Assembly: GCA_002633005.1 (NCBI GenBank)
Contig: NMRA01000265.1
Location: 506,942 to 563,797 of the forward strand
Direction of reading: 5' to 3'
DNA length: 56,856 bases
Source: Phoronis australis
Lineage: Eukaryota; Animalia; Phoronida
Shown: piece by piece, positions 13,501 to 27,715 of the stretch
Layout of the letters: each line of letters opens with the position of its first letter
Numbering within the stretch: the first letter of the stretch is position 1
Translations under genes and position numbers: made by a program
The notes under the pieces: generated by a model
The model's input: only the letters and a program-made list of their open reading frames with translations
Database searches by the model: none
What the model was told of the DNA's origin: nothing

Positions 13501-14646
13501 AAATCACACAAAGCAAAATAAACTTCATTGTTTTATAGGACTGACCAAAGCTAATATCTTCAAAAGTGCTACGAGTCCTTCGAAACACGTCAAACTGAAG
13601 AGTTTCCTCTCTAGCTACGGCCAAAAACGTACATTATACGTCTTCCCGATATCCTGTATACGTGGATCATGTAGAATACGCCAACATGAAGCACTCTACT
13701 TTATAAGTACTTGTCTATCTCAGAGGAATGAGAGTGGTGTGAAAAATAAGGACTCTTAATTGTCAGTTGAACACTTTTTGCATATTAATGGAATGTCTGT
13801 ACAGGCCACCTGTTAGCTGGAAACATAGGCCTACATGTACGTTCTTCGTCGTGATTGATTGGTTTAAACTGTGTTGAATGAGGGCCTTTCCACAATCCTT
13901 TGACATGCGACGCCTTAACTATATTTAAACTGGACAACATACTTAGAACGAATAACATACACGTCGACGATTTGTCCCAAGTATTTCAGTGTGTTGCAAT
14001 CTCAGGTCTACGTTCCATAAAACTAAGATCACATACACTGTACTTCGCTTTTTATTAAGCCTTCTGTTTTGGTTACTTATTTGCGTCATCGGAACACAAT
14101 TCAAATATGTGCGAATCTTGAAGTCATTAATTTCGTTCCTTTGCAGCGCTGTACAAATTTCAATGGCGTGACACCGGCAGTTTCTTGTCTGAACGCCAAT
14201 ACGCATGCGCTTGTTAATCGCCTCACGAATGCAATAATCATGAAAACTTGGACTTTTCCAGAATACCACACTCGTCAAACATCGTCATCTGATGCTCCAC
14301 AACGGGCTAATTAAAACACTTTACATAATGGGTTCCAATCCAGGGCCATGTCAGGGTGGAATACTAGCTACACCTGTAGGTACCGGTATAGGGCAATGAA
14401 GAAAAGAAAACACAACGAAACATGTGAAAGACACATTACGAAAACATTTGTAAACTACCAACCCTGTCCAAGACATTTATGTTAGGAGGCTCCCTGGCGG
14501 AATAGAGCCTTTATGGTAGTCTCAATTGCTGCTCATTTTCTGTTTATAAATCATATCAAATTATTCGTACATATACACGAATGCGAAGAGTATTCTAATG
14601 ACGATGTTTTCATCATTGAAGTCATTATGGTCGGCAGACACCATTT

Positions 14647-14908
14647 TGGAAAATCATCTCTTTTTAATCACAGGATAACTTTAATTACCAATCGATTTAG
14701 GATAATTATAACAAAGAAAGTTATTTCAGATATGTAACAGATATGGGTGCAGCCGGACGAACACCAGCACCCAGGAACAGCAGGCTGGAGGAACGTCAGG
14801 ACGAAAGGAATGTAGAACCGGAGGAACAGAAGGACGATGGAACGTCTTCTGGGTATGGTAAAGACGAGGCCTATAGGGACCGTGGAACAGTGGTACGGGC
14901 CCTTAAAC
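14647..14908 (+). pseudogene. Inverted paralogous copy of the 5' part of the NACHT-like pseudogene
   Basis: About 260 bp closely similar to the reverse complement of 18984-19248; reads MGAAGRTPAPRNSR...DRGTVVRALK, then similarity stops abruptly. Confidence 0.6.
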
Positions 14909-15099
14909 AAATTACGCCCAAAGTACACATAAAAGAACATGAATCAAATATTTTAAGAAAATATGTGCATGTACTTTTTTTGGCTTTGTTTCACACACTT
15001 GTGCTTTTTATCAATAGATAAGCCATTGTGTAATTATTTGTTTTTTGTCTTTTAAAAACCCCCCAAAACACTGTTTGTACTGCATGCTTTTATATAAGA

Positions 15100-16380
15100 G
15101 GTGCTCTTCACTATGCAAATGGGACATCTTGCCTGCAACAAGTGTTCATCTGCTTGGAGGGCAGTATTGTTCACATTCTCGATAGTTGTCGAAATAGTTA
15201 GAGCAACCTCAACTAAAAAAGCTGGTGAAGTCATGTTGAAGCGTGCAGAAGAAGTTCTAAAAGGCAACTGTGTCAAATGCAGGCGTTCTTAAACCACAAT
15301 GATACTGACTGCTTCACGAGGAACACCCACAAAATTACAACAGGGTGCAATGGAAGCTAATACTGATGGGATTAAAAATTGTACCTAAGACACAATGGCC
15401 AGAGGAAGTTCTGTAACACTGGGTGATATACCAAACTTTGAAAATGCTCCCTGTCGGATGAACACCATATAGTGTTACATTGATAGAGTAAACAGCAAAA
15501 TGTAAGATATTAATAGGGTTTGTTAATGAGATGAAGCGAAAGAGCTGTTGGATGCCACAAAATATTTGTAAAATGATAACGTTTTCGTCTTCAGAAAAGA
15601 GAACCCAAAACTGCTGACGATGTGGTTGCTACAGAGTTGTTTTATGAAAAAATATAGTCATAAATACATACATAAATCTCCAGAGACTATTTTAGTAAAA
15701 TCCTTGTTAATTGTGAATACGATATCAAACTAATTTCTTTTCGTAAGCAAGTACATGTAGAGACAGTTGATGCGCTCACACATAGTGGATATTGATTTAC
15801 AGTTACAGGTGCGATATGATTGATGATATAAAATTTACAATTTATTATCGAGATGTAAAGTATATGCTTGTAAATTAGTCTGAAGATTCAAATCAGTTTG
15901 CTTCACATCCTCGAAGAAATGAGTCAGCTGACTTGGCTGACACCATCAAATACCCTCGTTCACTGAGACATAAAGAATCTCTCCATCAAGCTGATGGGCG
16001 CGCACTGGACTGAGCATTGTCGGAATAAGTTTTGTGATGCAGAAGAGATCAAACAGTTTTGGTAAAAAAAACACACACACTGCTAAATTGTTGGCTGGCA
16101 TTTTACACTATTTACCATCACCGGCAGACGGTGTGCTTATGATTCTTAATATGAAACATTACATGGCACAGAATATGTCGAACGGGTCTGAAAATGGGAG
16201 GGCGTCGTCATCTCTGGAACAGAAAAGTATTTGCTGTATGTCACGGAATTCCGATAAAGAAACCCATAGGTTATCAAGTTAATAGAAATACTCTTGCCAA
16301 ACATTTAAAAGCTCTTGCAACGAGTTTGCCAAATTTCATGAAAACCCGACAAAGAACTCTAAAGATAGAGGGACAAAGGT
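15100..16380 (+). mobile_element. Decayed Academ-like DNA transposon coding remnant
   Basis: Ordered degenerate motifs read across stops and frameshifts: MARGSSVTLGDIPNFENAP, SLLHILEE, ERV.KWEGVVISGTEK, VNRNTLAKHL; resembles the region leading into the XPG/PIN-like nuclease of AcademX. Confidence 0.4.
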
Positions 16381-17499
16381 AAAAAAATAAGAATATTAAT
16401 AACAGACACGGTGATAGTCAGAACCGGCCAAAAGTCGTGCACAGCCACTGTCACGTTTTTAGGATAACACTTGAAAAATACATCTGTGGACGCAAAAAAG
16501 ACAAATTCACCAACAGGGGGTGCCATAAACCAACATCAGCCACTGTCTTTTTATCTGTAACACATTTGATGATCATCTGAGCAGTTTGGTGGACATAGAG
16601 GCCGACGCTAAAAACGGACTCGAAAATTTTAATAATGCCCGAAAATAGGAAGTCATTGTCGTCTCCTCAGAATAAACCTATTTGTCAACTTTCATTATAA
16701 TCCAGAAAGGAACTGCAAAGAAACAGGTGAAGGTCTCAAAATGCCACTAGGAGAACAGTGGTATTCGGATCGGACCTTCATCTGTTGTTAGCTTTACAGA
16801 AACTCATCTGCCAAATCTCATTAAGATCTTGCAAGGGGTTTAGGAGATATATATGTGGGCGTCGGAGGGCCAAAGATAACGCCGTTGAGCAGGAAACTTG
16901 GGGACATTACACCGACAGCCAAGCTTTGACTGGGTCACGAAGTGTTCGACTGTGCTTAGCACTACTCCAAACTTTGGAACACGATACCTCGAGAATGATT
17001 CAGCAGATTGTAATCATGTTTGAACTTTCTGACAGCAGTGAAAACGTTTCTTATACTTTCTATTAGAGTTTCCGTTATGCTTCACGTTAAATTTGAAATC
17101 AAGAGTAGTATTTTTTAAAGCGTTAAACAGTTAACGTTTCTGCGAATGAAAACATCAGCGCTAGGTATGGAAAATACCTGACGCGATGTTATTTAGCGAG
17201 GGGCTGCTTGAGAACATCAGGTAAAATTGGAAGCATAGCATATATCAAGATTTTGGACATACAGCTCATTTGAGCAACTATAATTACATTTAATCATATT
17301 TAGTTTGAAAAAGTAACGGATAAATTGTGTAAAATTGTCCCTAATTCATTTTCGGGACATGATCATGATCTGTGAAAACTCCAGTTTTAGAATACTGCAG
17401 GGAAATACCGGGAGAAGAAATTTAATTAACGTTTCTATTAGGAATGGTTTTACCTTATGTTAGCCCAAATACATGTATATAAAACTATTTATAGAAATT

Positions 17500-19248
17500 C
17501 TATTGCAAGTCCCTCATTTCAAATAAGTGTTTTGTCGAGATAGTGCGCTGAGAATATAGACTACATTATGGGTGCATTTTTCCGGAGTCACCAACGTTCC
17601 ACAGAATAAAGACATACAACTTCTGCAAAAAGGGCTCTGTGATGCAAACTTTTCCGGGGATCTTGAAGTAAAAATTGCACGCTAATTTCTTATATCTGTG
17701 ATTGCTTGGTCAAATTGGACAGAAACACAATATAATCATGATGTGGATATGAACTAGGATGGAAATTACCGAATGTTTTTAAGATGAGTTTTGTGTCGAA
17801 AGTGGTCCGCCGTAAATTACTCAACCGTATTGATTAAGTATCGTGACGTTGCGTTGGGGAATATCACTTCGTGATGTGGGTTATGTGAGCCCTCAAGGTA
17901 CGTCAATAATGCAAAGCTCACCTGTTTGCAGATTTTTTCTTCACGTTTACAAGTTGTCTATAAATACAGGTTTATTTTGTTGAAATACAGTAGTACTGTC
18001 GTTCAGTTTTATGCTTTAGTATAGTTAGGAGCATGCACACACAGTTTAAAGTGTGCAGTCCGAGGGAGCCCTCAGCCATCGTCTTACTACTGGATCTCAG
18101 ACGGTGTGCCAATTGTCATTTTCACAGTAAAACAACTATGAATTTTTAATGGTCAGTAAACAAACTTGAAATGGGTCGACTGCTTAAATGTTAACCTCGC
18201 GCTGGATACAAAATCATTTCTTTGGCATGAACTCAACATTAGGAAGCTTTTCTTGCTTAAACACACAGTGCCACCTAGTGTTTCAAGACTACGCGAGATC
18301 TTGTAACCGACAGTGGATCAGTTCCATGGCCTCAAAATAATCAATAATACGAAATGAAGAATCTGTTGCACACGATGGATGTTTTTGAGCAATGCTTGAA
18401 GAATGGTTGATTTTCTGTCCACAATTGAATTTATTTCTTGAGTGAACAGAACAGCATGTCTCGAGATGCTAAATTGCTTTCAGTGATGGTTATTTTGTAA
18501 CCCGGATGTTCTCTTCCAAATGGGTAGGGGTGACATACTCATAATTGGCTGACCGAGAAAAGTGACAATACCAAACGAGGAAATCTTTGTCTCTAGTCTT
18601 CATTTCTTTCGTTAACCCATTCGATAGTAAAAAGCATGGGACAGAAAAATACCTACCTGAGACGATAAGTGAGAGGACAAACTACTCACCCGAGCTGGTG
18701 GCACGCCTCCACTAATCCGCCTTATGTTAGAACACTTTTAGAAATATACGGAGAATTTATTTCAGTAACCTTTCTTAAATGTACTGCCCACGACTCAGTT
18801 CATGTAACTAATTCTTTATATCAATTCAACATTATAGAAAGGTCATCTGTAACCATCAAGTTGTGGTCGAAAACAAACCGTTCATTGTCCAAAAAGTTTG
18901 ATGATAATCACTGTAATGTGCCAATCTGATAAACGGAGAGGTCTTGGCTATGCCAATAGACCATGCTGTGTGTTGCCACTGTCGTTTAGGGGCCCGTATC
19001 ATTGTTCCACGGTCCCCATATGCCCCGTCTTTAGCATACCCAGAAGACGTTCCATCGTCCTTGTGTTCCTCCGGTTCTATGTCCCCTCGTCCTGATGTTC
19101 CTCCGACCTGCTGTTCCTCGGTGCTGGTGTTCGTCCGGCTGCACCCATATTTGTTACATATCGGGAATAACTTTCTTTGTTGTAATTATCCTAAATCTAT
19201 CGCTAAGTAAAGTTAAATATCCTATGATTGAAAAGAGATGATTTTCCA
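17500..19248 (-). pseudogene. NACHT/NLR-like pseudogene
   Basis: RAPKR...GIAKTS..RLA (degenerate P-loop, ~18990-18920); ctt gat ggt tac +1 gat gac ctt = LDGYDDL (Walker B, ~18860-18838); later LETLG, FCGTL; donors gtgagt at ~18688 and gtgagc at ~17921; many stops. Confidence 0.45.
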
Positions 19249-19389
19249 TTAGCGCCAATCGAACATAATCTTGAGCGCAACATCGGGATGAGGGAATATA
19301 GGACGTATGAACGTAGCATACTGTAGGTACAAGAAATATAGGCATTGGGGAACAACGATCCGACCCCGTCATTTAGCATACATGATTTT

Positions 19390-20230
19390 AATTATTTGTG
19401 CGATGCGTGATTCCTGCCGCCATGGGTTCCGTTGACACAATGCTTTGCAAATCACAATTGGCAGTCATGACATTGTATAGCTTGGACTTGGGTTTAGTTG
19501 CAACATTTTGCCACTTACTACCGGTTTTCAAAAATTGCTCAAAATTCGAGAATCTTTCAAACATGCAAAACATATAGCAATTGAAAGAAGGATTTCTTCA
19601 ACCAGGTGGGTGTCAACTTATCAGAAGCAATAAGTGCGCACAAGTGTACACTGGTCAGTCCTCAAAATGTCCCTTGAAGTGTTCATATTAACTGGAGTTT
19701 TCTCCTCATCCTTCAATGTCCGGTATATTGGCAATATCTGCCTTGGCAAACTCTCATAGTAAAGTATTTTGGATAGATAATTTTCCGTCCAAACAACTTG
19801 TTTAAATCATCGCCGGAAGCGCCTTCTCCGACACTATGGCGGTCAGCCATCAATTTCTTTGTGTGGTTTATCATTTGAATGGACGTTCTTGGGATGCTAC
19901 ATGTATAGGCAGTTTTTATGTTTAAAAGTTTTGAAAATAGCTTAGAAGTCGATGCGCCCCCTTTTGGTATTATTAGCTCCGTGGAACGTGTCGTCAAGCT
20001 CTATCAACAAAACTTGGACTGTGTAAGTTAAATCCTTAGAAACAGGGTAATAAAAATGGTGTTGATGTTCTATAAGCTGTTGGTATCTATTGTCACGATT
20101 TGTTCTGATCATCGTTGGCGGCGAATTTGACAAGGCCTCAACGTAGTGGTACATGTGTGTTTGATTGTGCTCTTCATCGGTGCATGTGATAAACAAAAAT
20201 AAATCATCAATATTAGTCATGTCTTCTAAT
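19390..20230 (-). mobile_element. Decayed Penelope-like retroelement
   Basis: NIDDLFLF (RT YxDD-like), then Cys-rich CQGRYCQY and LYNVMTANCDLQ (GIY-YIG-like) in Penelope order. Confidence 0.4.
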
Positions 20231-21000
20231 TTAAGAAAATGGTAATGAGTCGCTAGTTACTTAGATATTTCAGACGACGACAGTCCAACTACGGGTACAC
20301 TTAATTTTAGGTATGATATCCAAATTATAAACATTTAAACGGTGTACTACAGATAAATGTGGTAACACGAACAAATACGTGTGATAAACATGCTAACATG
20401 TATTCCATATACCCGAAACATGTCATTTGGCATTTTTCCTGTGAACTGTGGACGGAATTTAGTAAATTCAAAATTTCACCGGGTTACATAATGAATATCC
20501 TTGATATTCGGCTGTGGAAACAAAGCAAGAAAATTTATCTTTATATTCGTTGGTCAACCCTGACGTGAATTTCAGACACACAATTAAAAAAATGGTTGTG
20601 CCTGTCGGACATATTGAGTTCTCGCCCCATCTGGCGTTGGCGATTTCGGAAAAGCACGTGGATACGTAAGACTAAAGATCACATTTTTCCTATTTCCTGG
20701 TGGCGTCATTGCAGCGTAAGCGACACGTATACATGTATACATGCATGGCGTGGACTTTTCTTGACATCAATGATTTGATCGCTAGTCCATTTCCCTTTAT
20801 TTCATTTCATAAAGAATCGAAAACAACGTAGCTGAGATTCGCATGCTGCTATGCCACAGAATGCGCTAAAGAAAACCATTGAAAACTCTTTTAGTCACTA
20901 AGGAGTTACATGTATGTATGATATATTTGTGAGACCGGGATTGAAACAAAAAGTCTATAAACTTTAATGCACTGATTTTAAACTAAGCAGTGCTTTCCAG

Positions 21001-21210
21001 GAGCCCGTAAAGACAAATTTATATTTCAGATAATTTCATGAAAACATATAAATTTGTCTTAAGGCCGTTTCAAGACGCAGATCTCAAGTCTGACTAAAGT
21101 TTTGGACTCCAGTTTTGTGTACCTTACCAGATACGTAATTTTGGAAGTTGAGACAAATCTTAGACTTTAGTAAAAATCAATTTTAAAAGTCAATTTCTCG
21201 GAACGGGCCC
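21001..21210. mobile_element. MITE, PIF/Harbinger-type with CAG target-site duplication
   Basis: cag|gagcccgt ... acgggccc|cag; internal subterminal inverted motifs agtctgactaaagt / agactttagt. Confidence 0.6.
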
Positions 21211-23806
21211 CAGGACTACATGTTAGAATTTTCGACATTTAGAAAAGGCACTTATAAGGCACGCATTCATGGATGTAGAGGCACTTTCTGAGTTTAACTA
21301 CACATTCAACTTTGGAATACATTACAGTCTTATTTCAATGCTGTAAAAAGTATAAATATTAATTTTCTAAAATACGCGTGTAATCTATTAATCCACATTA
21401 CAAACTGCATGTGTGTGGAAAGGCAGAGTCGATTGTAACATTGCTTTCTTCGATGTCAGATCGCCCTTTCCTCAGCCCGTTGACTACTTTTTTCGATCAC
21501 GAACATGTTCACCTGCAATTTTCTCACTCGAACAGTCTGATCGTGATTCGCTTTGCAAGCAACGCGAAGGTTTTCAAAGACATTGACAACTGTCGTAAAA
21601 TATCCGAATTACGATAATATTGCGCATCTATTCTATTCACAGGCCCTTCACAAATATTCATAGTCTAAAATCACGGAAATCTGCACTTAATAACCCCACT
21701 CAAAATTCCCCTACGGAAAATACTCTTTTAAACACCCTCGACCCCTTTCATTTGCACCAGTCAATAAAAACATTCCAAAACATTCTCATACGCTTAGATG
21801 TTGACATAATTTATTGTCGCATAAATTAAAAATGGCGTAATCTGATCAGGATTTATTCTCTTTCCAGCGTCTGGCACGCTATGGTACTACATGTCGTATA
21901 ATCAAGAACGATTACCGAAAAAAGAGTTGCGGTCAAATATTTCGAGCAGACTACGCAACTCAATCCAACTCATGCTCGCATATTATTGTTTACTTCGCCG
22001 TACAATTCGCAACTATCACAGGCAAGGTCTTGAATGGTGAAAGTTGTGTTGCACGAAACGTCTATCTGTTACGGCGTGTCTGTAAATGCTTATTAAGAGA
22101 AAAGTTAGGTGTCTAGTGCGCACGAGTGTGATGAAGAACTAAGTAAACACCGCGCAGCTTTGGCATTGCGCTTTATCGAGGTCCGACAATAACACTCCGG
22201 TTTCTTTTAATGCGACATTGTCGACGAGAAAAATCATTCCCAAAATCAGCTCCAACATCAAATCGAACCCAAAACTTTTGCGTCGTAGCCAAACACTCTA
22301 ATTACTATGATGTTCATCGGCATTCATTCCACTGTATAACGCATAATTGAGGTAAACTGCAACACCCTGATGTGAAGATAACGAATTTTAAGAGCTAACT
22401 TGAATTGATTACATGTATATGCATCAGCCAAATCAGTATTTTGTGGAATAGTGATTTCCATTCAATTTTCTCAGAAGGTATTCCGGTAGGGTGTTGGTGA
22501 GTTCCCAACCGTGTATTAACAGTTATTAAACTGGATAATCATCTCATATAGGTAATCTGGGCTTCTTTAGCCCCGGCAAAAGTGGTTTTTGTATAGGAAC
22601 AACCGGTGTCCCATAAACATTCAATTGAGTTTTGTCTCAAACCCTGCGCTTAATACCTGACTTCATGAGGATAATTTGATTTTAGTAAGACATACGGTAC
22701 AGTCCGTAGTTTACAAAATAGTGTCTCGGAGTCTGACTTGAATTTTACTTCCAATTTAACGTCCTTCAAACATCCTTGTTCCGGCTTGAATAAATCCGGA
22801 AATTCTTCATACCGTGAACAATAAGCTTACAAGGAAGTCAAGCATTTCTAAAGATATGCGGAATTTTCACCGCTCGTCCTTCTGAGCGGCTTGTACCAGG
22901 ATCAAAGAGAGCGCGGCGCCTGAGTCAGGAACAATTGTGATGACCGCATTGCCCGATGCGAGCAAGACCCAATTAAATGTAATTATCCGACCAAAAACTG
23001 TATTAGACATATCTGACTGTACATAATGGCGAATTTTAAAAATGCACCACGGTGGTATTCAGCTGTAAAAAACAACCAAGTATGGTTTTCGATTTTTAAA
23101 AATCGATGAGCTAATAATCTGAAAACTACAACCATTGGATACGACTGAAGATATACTACCGCGCGTATTGATATACAAACGCTGATCAGAGTTAACAATA
23201 TCACATGGATTTATTTTTTAATATTCCTTCATTCTCGTTTAACCAGATTTTTGACCAGGAAACAGTTGTTGTGTCCACTTCTCATTTTTATTACTGACAA
23301 AATGCTAGAATAGTTATATAGTCAGTACCACCTAAATTGTCATGAGATTCCAAATCTTCAGTTTGGTTATCACCATATTTGCACTTTTGTATATATTTTA
23401 GGATTTGAGTTCTAATAATCAACCCGTTCCCGGTAAGAAAAATAAGCAAGTGGGCAGAAGCATTAAAAATTAAATAAAGAAAACCAATATGAAACTTGTC
23501 GTTCCTTTGGGAAGTGACCCTTTGTGAAGATAAACACAAGTTAACCTTTTTAGTCATTTTGTAACATTTATAATGTACCAAGTTAAAACTACTCTCTAGA
23601 GTTGCAGGCTATTACTCTGCAAAGGTCAGAGAAAACCAAATTGGCGGTACTAACAACAACCATTGTTAAGAAAATAATGCCAGCAATTAACTTTCCACTT
23701 CATTAGCTCAGATCTACTTCACTACAAAGGGCGTGCTGAATAGGCATCATAAAAGTTGTACGGGCTTAGGGAATCAGAGCGGTCACCTGTGTACGTGAGA
23801 AATTCT

Positions 23807-25140
23807 TCACATATTTACAGAGTTTCTAACATGGTTATTTGAGGTTGGCATCCTCTTCTGTGTAGGAGTGAAGAACATCCACTGCCCTGTACGGTAATAC
23901 CGAGATGTTACATCGATCTTAAGTTGTCGCATTCCGTAACAACCCACAACATTCATCACTTGCTCTCTAATCACTATCTGAATATCAGGCGATCCAGTAT
24001 CAACTTCTCCTAACAAACTTCTACCATGTGCAGTTATCTGGATAGGGTCACGATCTGTAATGTGGTTCATTTTTCCTACCAGCGTAGGAGAAATGTTGTT
24101 ACGTGTAGAGCCCGACGCACGTTTCTCTTTAGCGAGACACACAGGGTTAATGTGTTATTACTTATGAAAAAAATGGCACTCAGCGTCCTTGAAATGGCAA
24201 TCGTTCGCCACATGACCTTTCCTTTCACAACCAGGGCAAGTCCTTTTAGGGAAACGACCATATTTTGTTTTCTTGGTGGTCCTGCCTTCTTCCTTTCTTT
24301 TTCATTGTAATTTCAGCACTGACTCCTAGTACAGTCTTCGTAACTACTTTCGAAGCATCTTCAATTTCTGTTGTGTTTTGGATATCATGGGTAAATGCCA
24401 GTCCATCATCACTGACTTTGAACAACGTTTTGAATGGCAGCCTCATTGTTAATTGAGGATATAAAACGGGTTTCCATGGCTTCATCCTGGGGATTGCATT
24501 GAAATCGCGTTGACCAGCATCTTGGCGAATGCGTGCGGATAGCTCTTCTATGGACTCTCCTGTCCATCCAGAACAGTTTGGGATGGAACTGAATCTCGAT
24601 AAGTGACTTTATCTATTCCATAGAAAAGCTGTGTATGTCCTTTGGCGGGGTTTACTGTCCTGCTAATGTACTGTACTCATTAGTTTACTGTATGCGTTGT
24701 ATTAATCTGATTAGCCAGGAGCACCTAGGCGATTTTATCTCCAGGAATGAAATTTAAACCGGCAAACGTTAGAAATTTTACCCAGTAGTCCTTCCAAAGT
24801 TCATATGAACTGTCTGATGGCTAAATTTGGGAAAAAGTGGGGCCAAAAAGAGCCACGCTTCCTGGTTTTGATAAGGTGCATTGAGGTGATGCGGAATTTG
24901 TTCTCGATTCTCTTCACTTTGCCTTTGCATCAAAGAAATCAGTTCCGAGAACGCGGCCATCTTGCTTTCCTTTACGTCCTCACAATGCAAAATTAAGTCA
25001 TCTTCGTCACCAAAGCTGCTGTGTTGTGAGTCAAAGACAAGAGGTACATGTGATAGAAAACAAGTAAAAGACCGGGACCAGCACAAGTGACACCTACATG
25101 TATGGGGTATACGTGAAATAGCAGCCACAGGTCACGTGAT
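23807..25140 (-). mobile_element. Gypsy LTR retrotransposon remnant (LTR end, PBS, gag, protease)
   Basis: PBS-like tggtgacgaagatg (25012-24999; close to the complement of the tRNA-Ser(GCU) 3' end), gag start MAAFSELISLMQRQ, twin zinc knuckle CPGCERKGHVADDCHFKDAECHF...HI..VC, protease EVDTGS; RT and integrase not seen. Confidence 0.75.
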
Positions 25141-26135
25141 CCCATAGGCTAGGGCGAAAATCTTATTAGCACTATGAAAGATGGCGGGGAGCACTGGAAG
25201 CCGCAAACTTAACTAAAGCATTACATATACTTCCAGAATTCCCCCAGTAGCGTAATTGAATCATCCTTTGCGACAGTGGGCCTGTAGAAGGCTTCAAAGG
25301 AAAGTCATCGACATTTTGTCGCAGTTTGTCACAAAATTTAAACATGTCATTTGTCCGGCAGCAACTATCAGTAACCTTCCTGAGCAGACTGAAAAAATGG
25401 CGGTCAAAGGGTTAAAAATTCTAGCTTCGAATTTTACTTTCGAATTTTCAGTCACAGCATAAAAAGTTTATCGACGGTAGCCACCAAAACATTCGTATGC
25501 TCTGGATCGCGTTAAAGAAACTACATAAAATTCTCAGTGTTCGAGTCGTTTTTTGAACACAATTGATCAGCATGTTCAGCACGACGAGATACATGTTTAG
25601 CCAACCCTCATTTTTCACCCCTAAAGCCAGTGTTTGCGTGTATAGACCGCCCAGTGTTCTGTCAGTCAACAACGGCAGGATCATCTTTATATTTTGATTA
25701 GGTGCTCGTTGTTATATTATAATTTTAAGGAGACATTCGCTTTGCAAATGGACACTACGTTCAGCACATGGGCTAATAAAAACTTACTTGCTCTCGTTAA
25801 TGTTGTATCTCATGACTCTTGAAAACATGCCGTGTCGAGACGACCAAGCCTAAAGACTTAACGCAATATTCCAAATATCCAGCACAGGCTGGAACCAAAG
25901 TTGAAAACAAAACGGCCACAGTGGATTGTCGATCCGTTAACTCGCCCGTCGCTGAACTGATGTTGCCCGTGCTTGACTTAAAGGAATCTAAAGGTATCTT
26001 GGCTATATTGACAAAATGCCGTAACAAATACCCCGCACATAAGCAGTAATGGCTGGATTATAAGGTGGAGCATCAGATCGGCCTAGAGGCCATTAAAATG
26101 GCAAATCCCAGCGATGTGTTTTTGGTCGTGTCAGC

Positions 26136-27715
26136 AGGGAGAGTTTACCCTGAAACCGAGCTCTCGCAAGCTCCGCCCCCTTGCGACAAACAAACAGGAT
26201 GTCGGAGGCAAATACAGTGAGTCAATAATCGACGTTTTTTGTGGAATCGCTTAGTGTTTTTGGGCTATCCCAAAACAGTTCGACAAAGACAGCAGGCGAA
26301 GATTTTCAGCGGAGCATCGAACGTTCATGACGAAACGATATGTAAAGGCGACGACGAAAAAATAAGTGTTCGAAGAAAAGTATTTCGGAGCCCGCGAAAA
26401 TCCGAATAACCTCACTCAATTCACCTTCTCTCAACAAAGGGCAAGGGCACTGATATGATATGGTCATCAAACTTCGATGTAAAACCCTTAAAAATACACC
26501 GAGTTCTTATAAAAACGTGTTGTTTTATTTCGCTGTTACGGGTTTACTGGTATTTGGACACACCGTAGCCTGCAAAGTTCGGCAGGCCAATTTACCAAGG
26601 TCCGTGAAATACAGACGAGAGAACCTAAATCTGTGTTGTTTATACTTTTGATTTTTTGAGTTCTAAACTCACAAAACGTTTGTTATCCCGGCCAGTGTCT
26701 CGGAACCCGAACGGCGTCGCGGACGCCGGGACTGGCATGAACATAAACCAGCTTGAGTTGAAAACTAAACCTCTAGTCACGAAAAGACTATAATAGTGAG
26801 CCAAAGAGATAATGTGCATATTATTTATGCGAATTAGCCACGAAACTGAAAATCTACTTAGTTGACGGGGGCCGCGAAGTCGGATTTCCCTTCCACAGAC
26901 CTTCAGGGCAAAGACTGTACAGTAACAATAATTTGAATAATGTATTTGTATTTCTAAATAAAGATTTCCCTAACATGTGACAATAGCACATAAAATCGAA
27001 TACTTGTTTTACAACAGCTTTCTGTCATGAATTAGCATGCGCTCAAACGGCCTCGGTGCCCAGTCAATTACATTTGTTGCTGGCATCAAAAGCCGGTAAC
27101 GCAGTGGTATATTCATTGCTGGCTTCTCAAAACATTTGCACTCACGAGCACTCCAAGGCATCACAAATTGTATCTAATGAGACAGACTTTGTTCCAGTTT
27201 CATATAAGCATTGGTTAGAATCATTTTAGGATGACGATAATTCATTTTGAAACAGAACGCAGAATTATAATAAACGTGTACAAGGCGCCAATCACGACTT
27301 AGTTAGGAGCTCATCCGAGGAAGACTTCACGGGTCGGATCGTAAGTTTGAACCGGAATACACTGATCAAGAAATAGTAGAAAGGCGCCGTGAGCATGCAT
27401 AGGCAAAGGAACGTACGGATAGTTCTTTGGTAAGCCGGAATTCGTCAGAGAAATCAATGTCGACGAAATGTTTCACGGCCTCGTATCTTTCATTCTTCAC
27501 TACAGCGAGCCACGTCCTAAGCATTTCGGGCTCTCGAGGAAGTCGAAAAAACGATGTACCCGCGTTCTTCGCAGCTTCATAGTTCGACAAGCGGGAACCG
27601 ATGCACCGCAACATAGCGGCATTCACTCTGCATACGAACCACTGACGTCGCTGCGTCGCTTCTCACTTTCCTCACACGTTAACGCGACACCTCTCGGCAA
27701 GGTGAGGTCTACCCT
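26136..27715. mobile_element. Internally deleted ISL2EU/Kolobok-like DNA transposon: second-ORF start (+) convergent with a THAP start (-)
   Basis: Minus 27626-27366 reads RCIGSRLSN..SFFRLPREPEMLRTWLAVV..KHF (THAP); plus 26199-26430 reads MSEAN..VRRKVFRSPRKSE.PH; loose termini agggagagtttaccctg / agggtagacctcaccttg. Confidence 0.55.

Noticed and set aside
18688-18720. Resemblance to the 7SL/Alu 5' end (ggtggcacgcc..taatcc)
   Set aside because: The match is short, does not extend, and lies in the antisense of a pseudo-exon
14647-19248. Inverted pair as terminal inverted repeats of one 4.6-kb transposon
   Set aside because: Outer edges fade gradually, no target-site duplication, and the right copy runs directly into NACHT-like coding remnants
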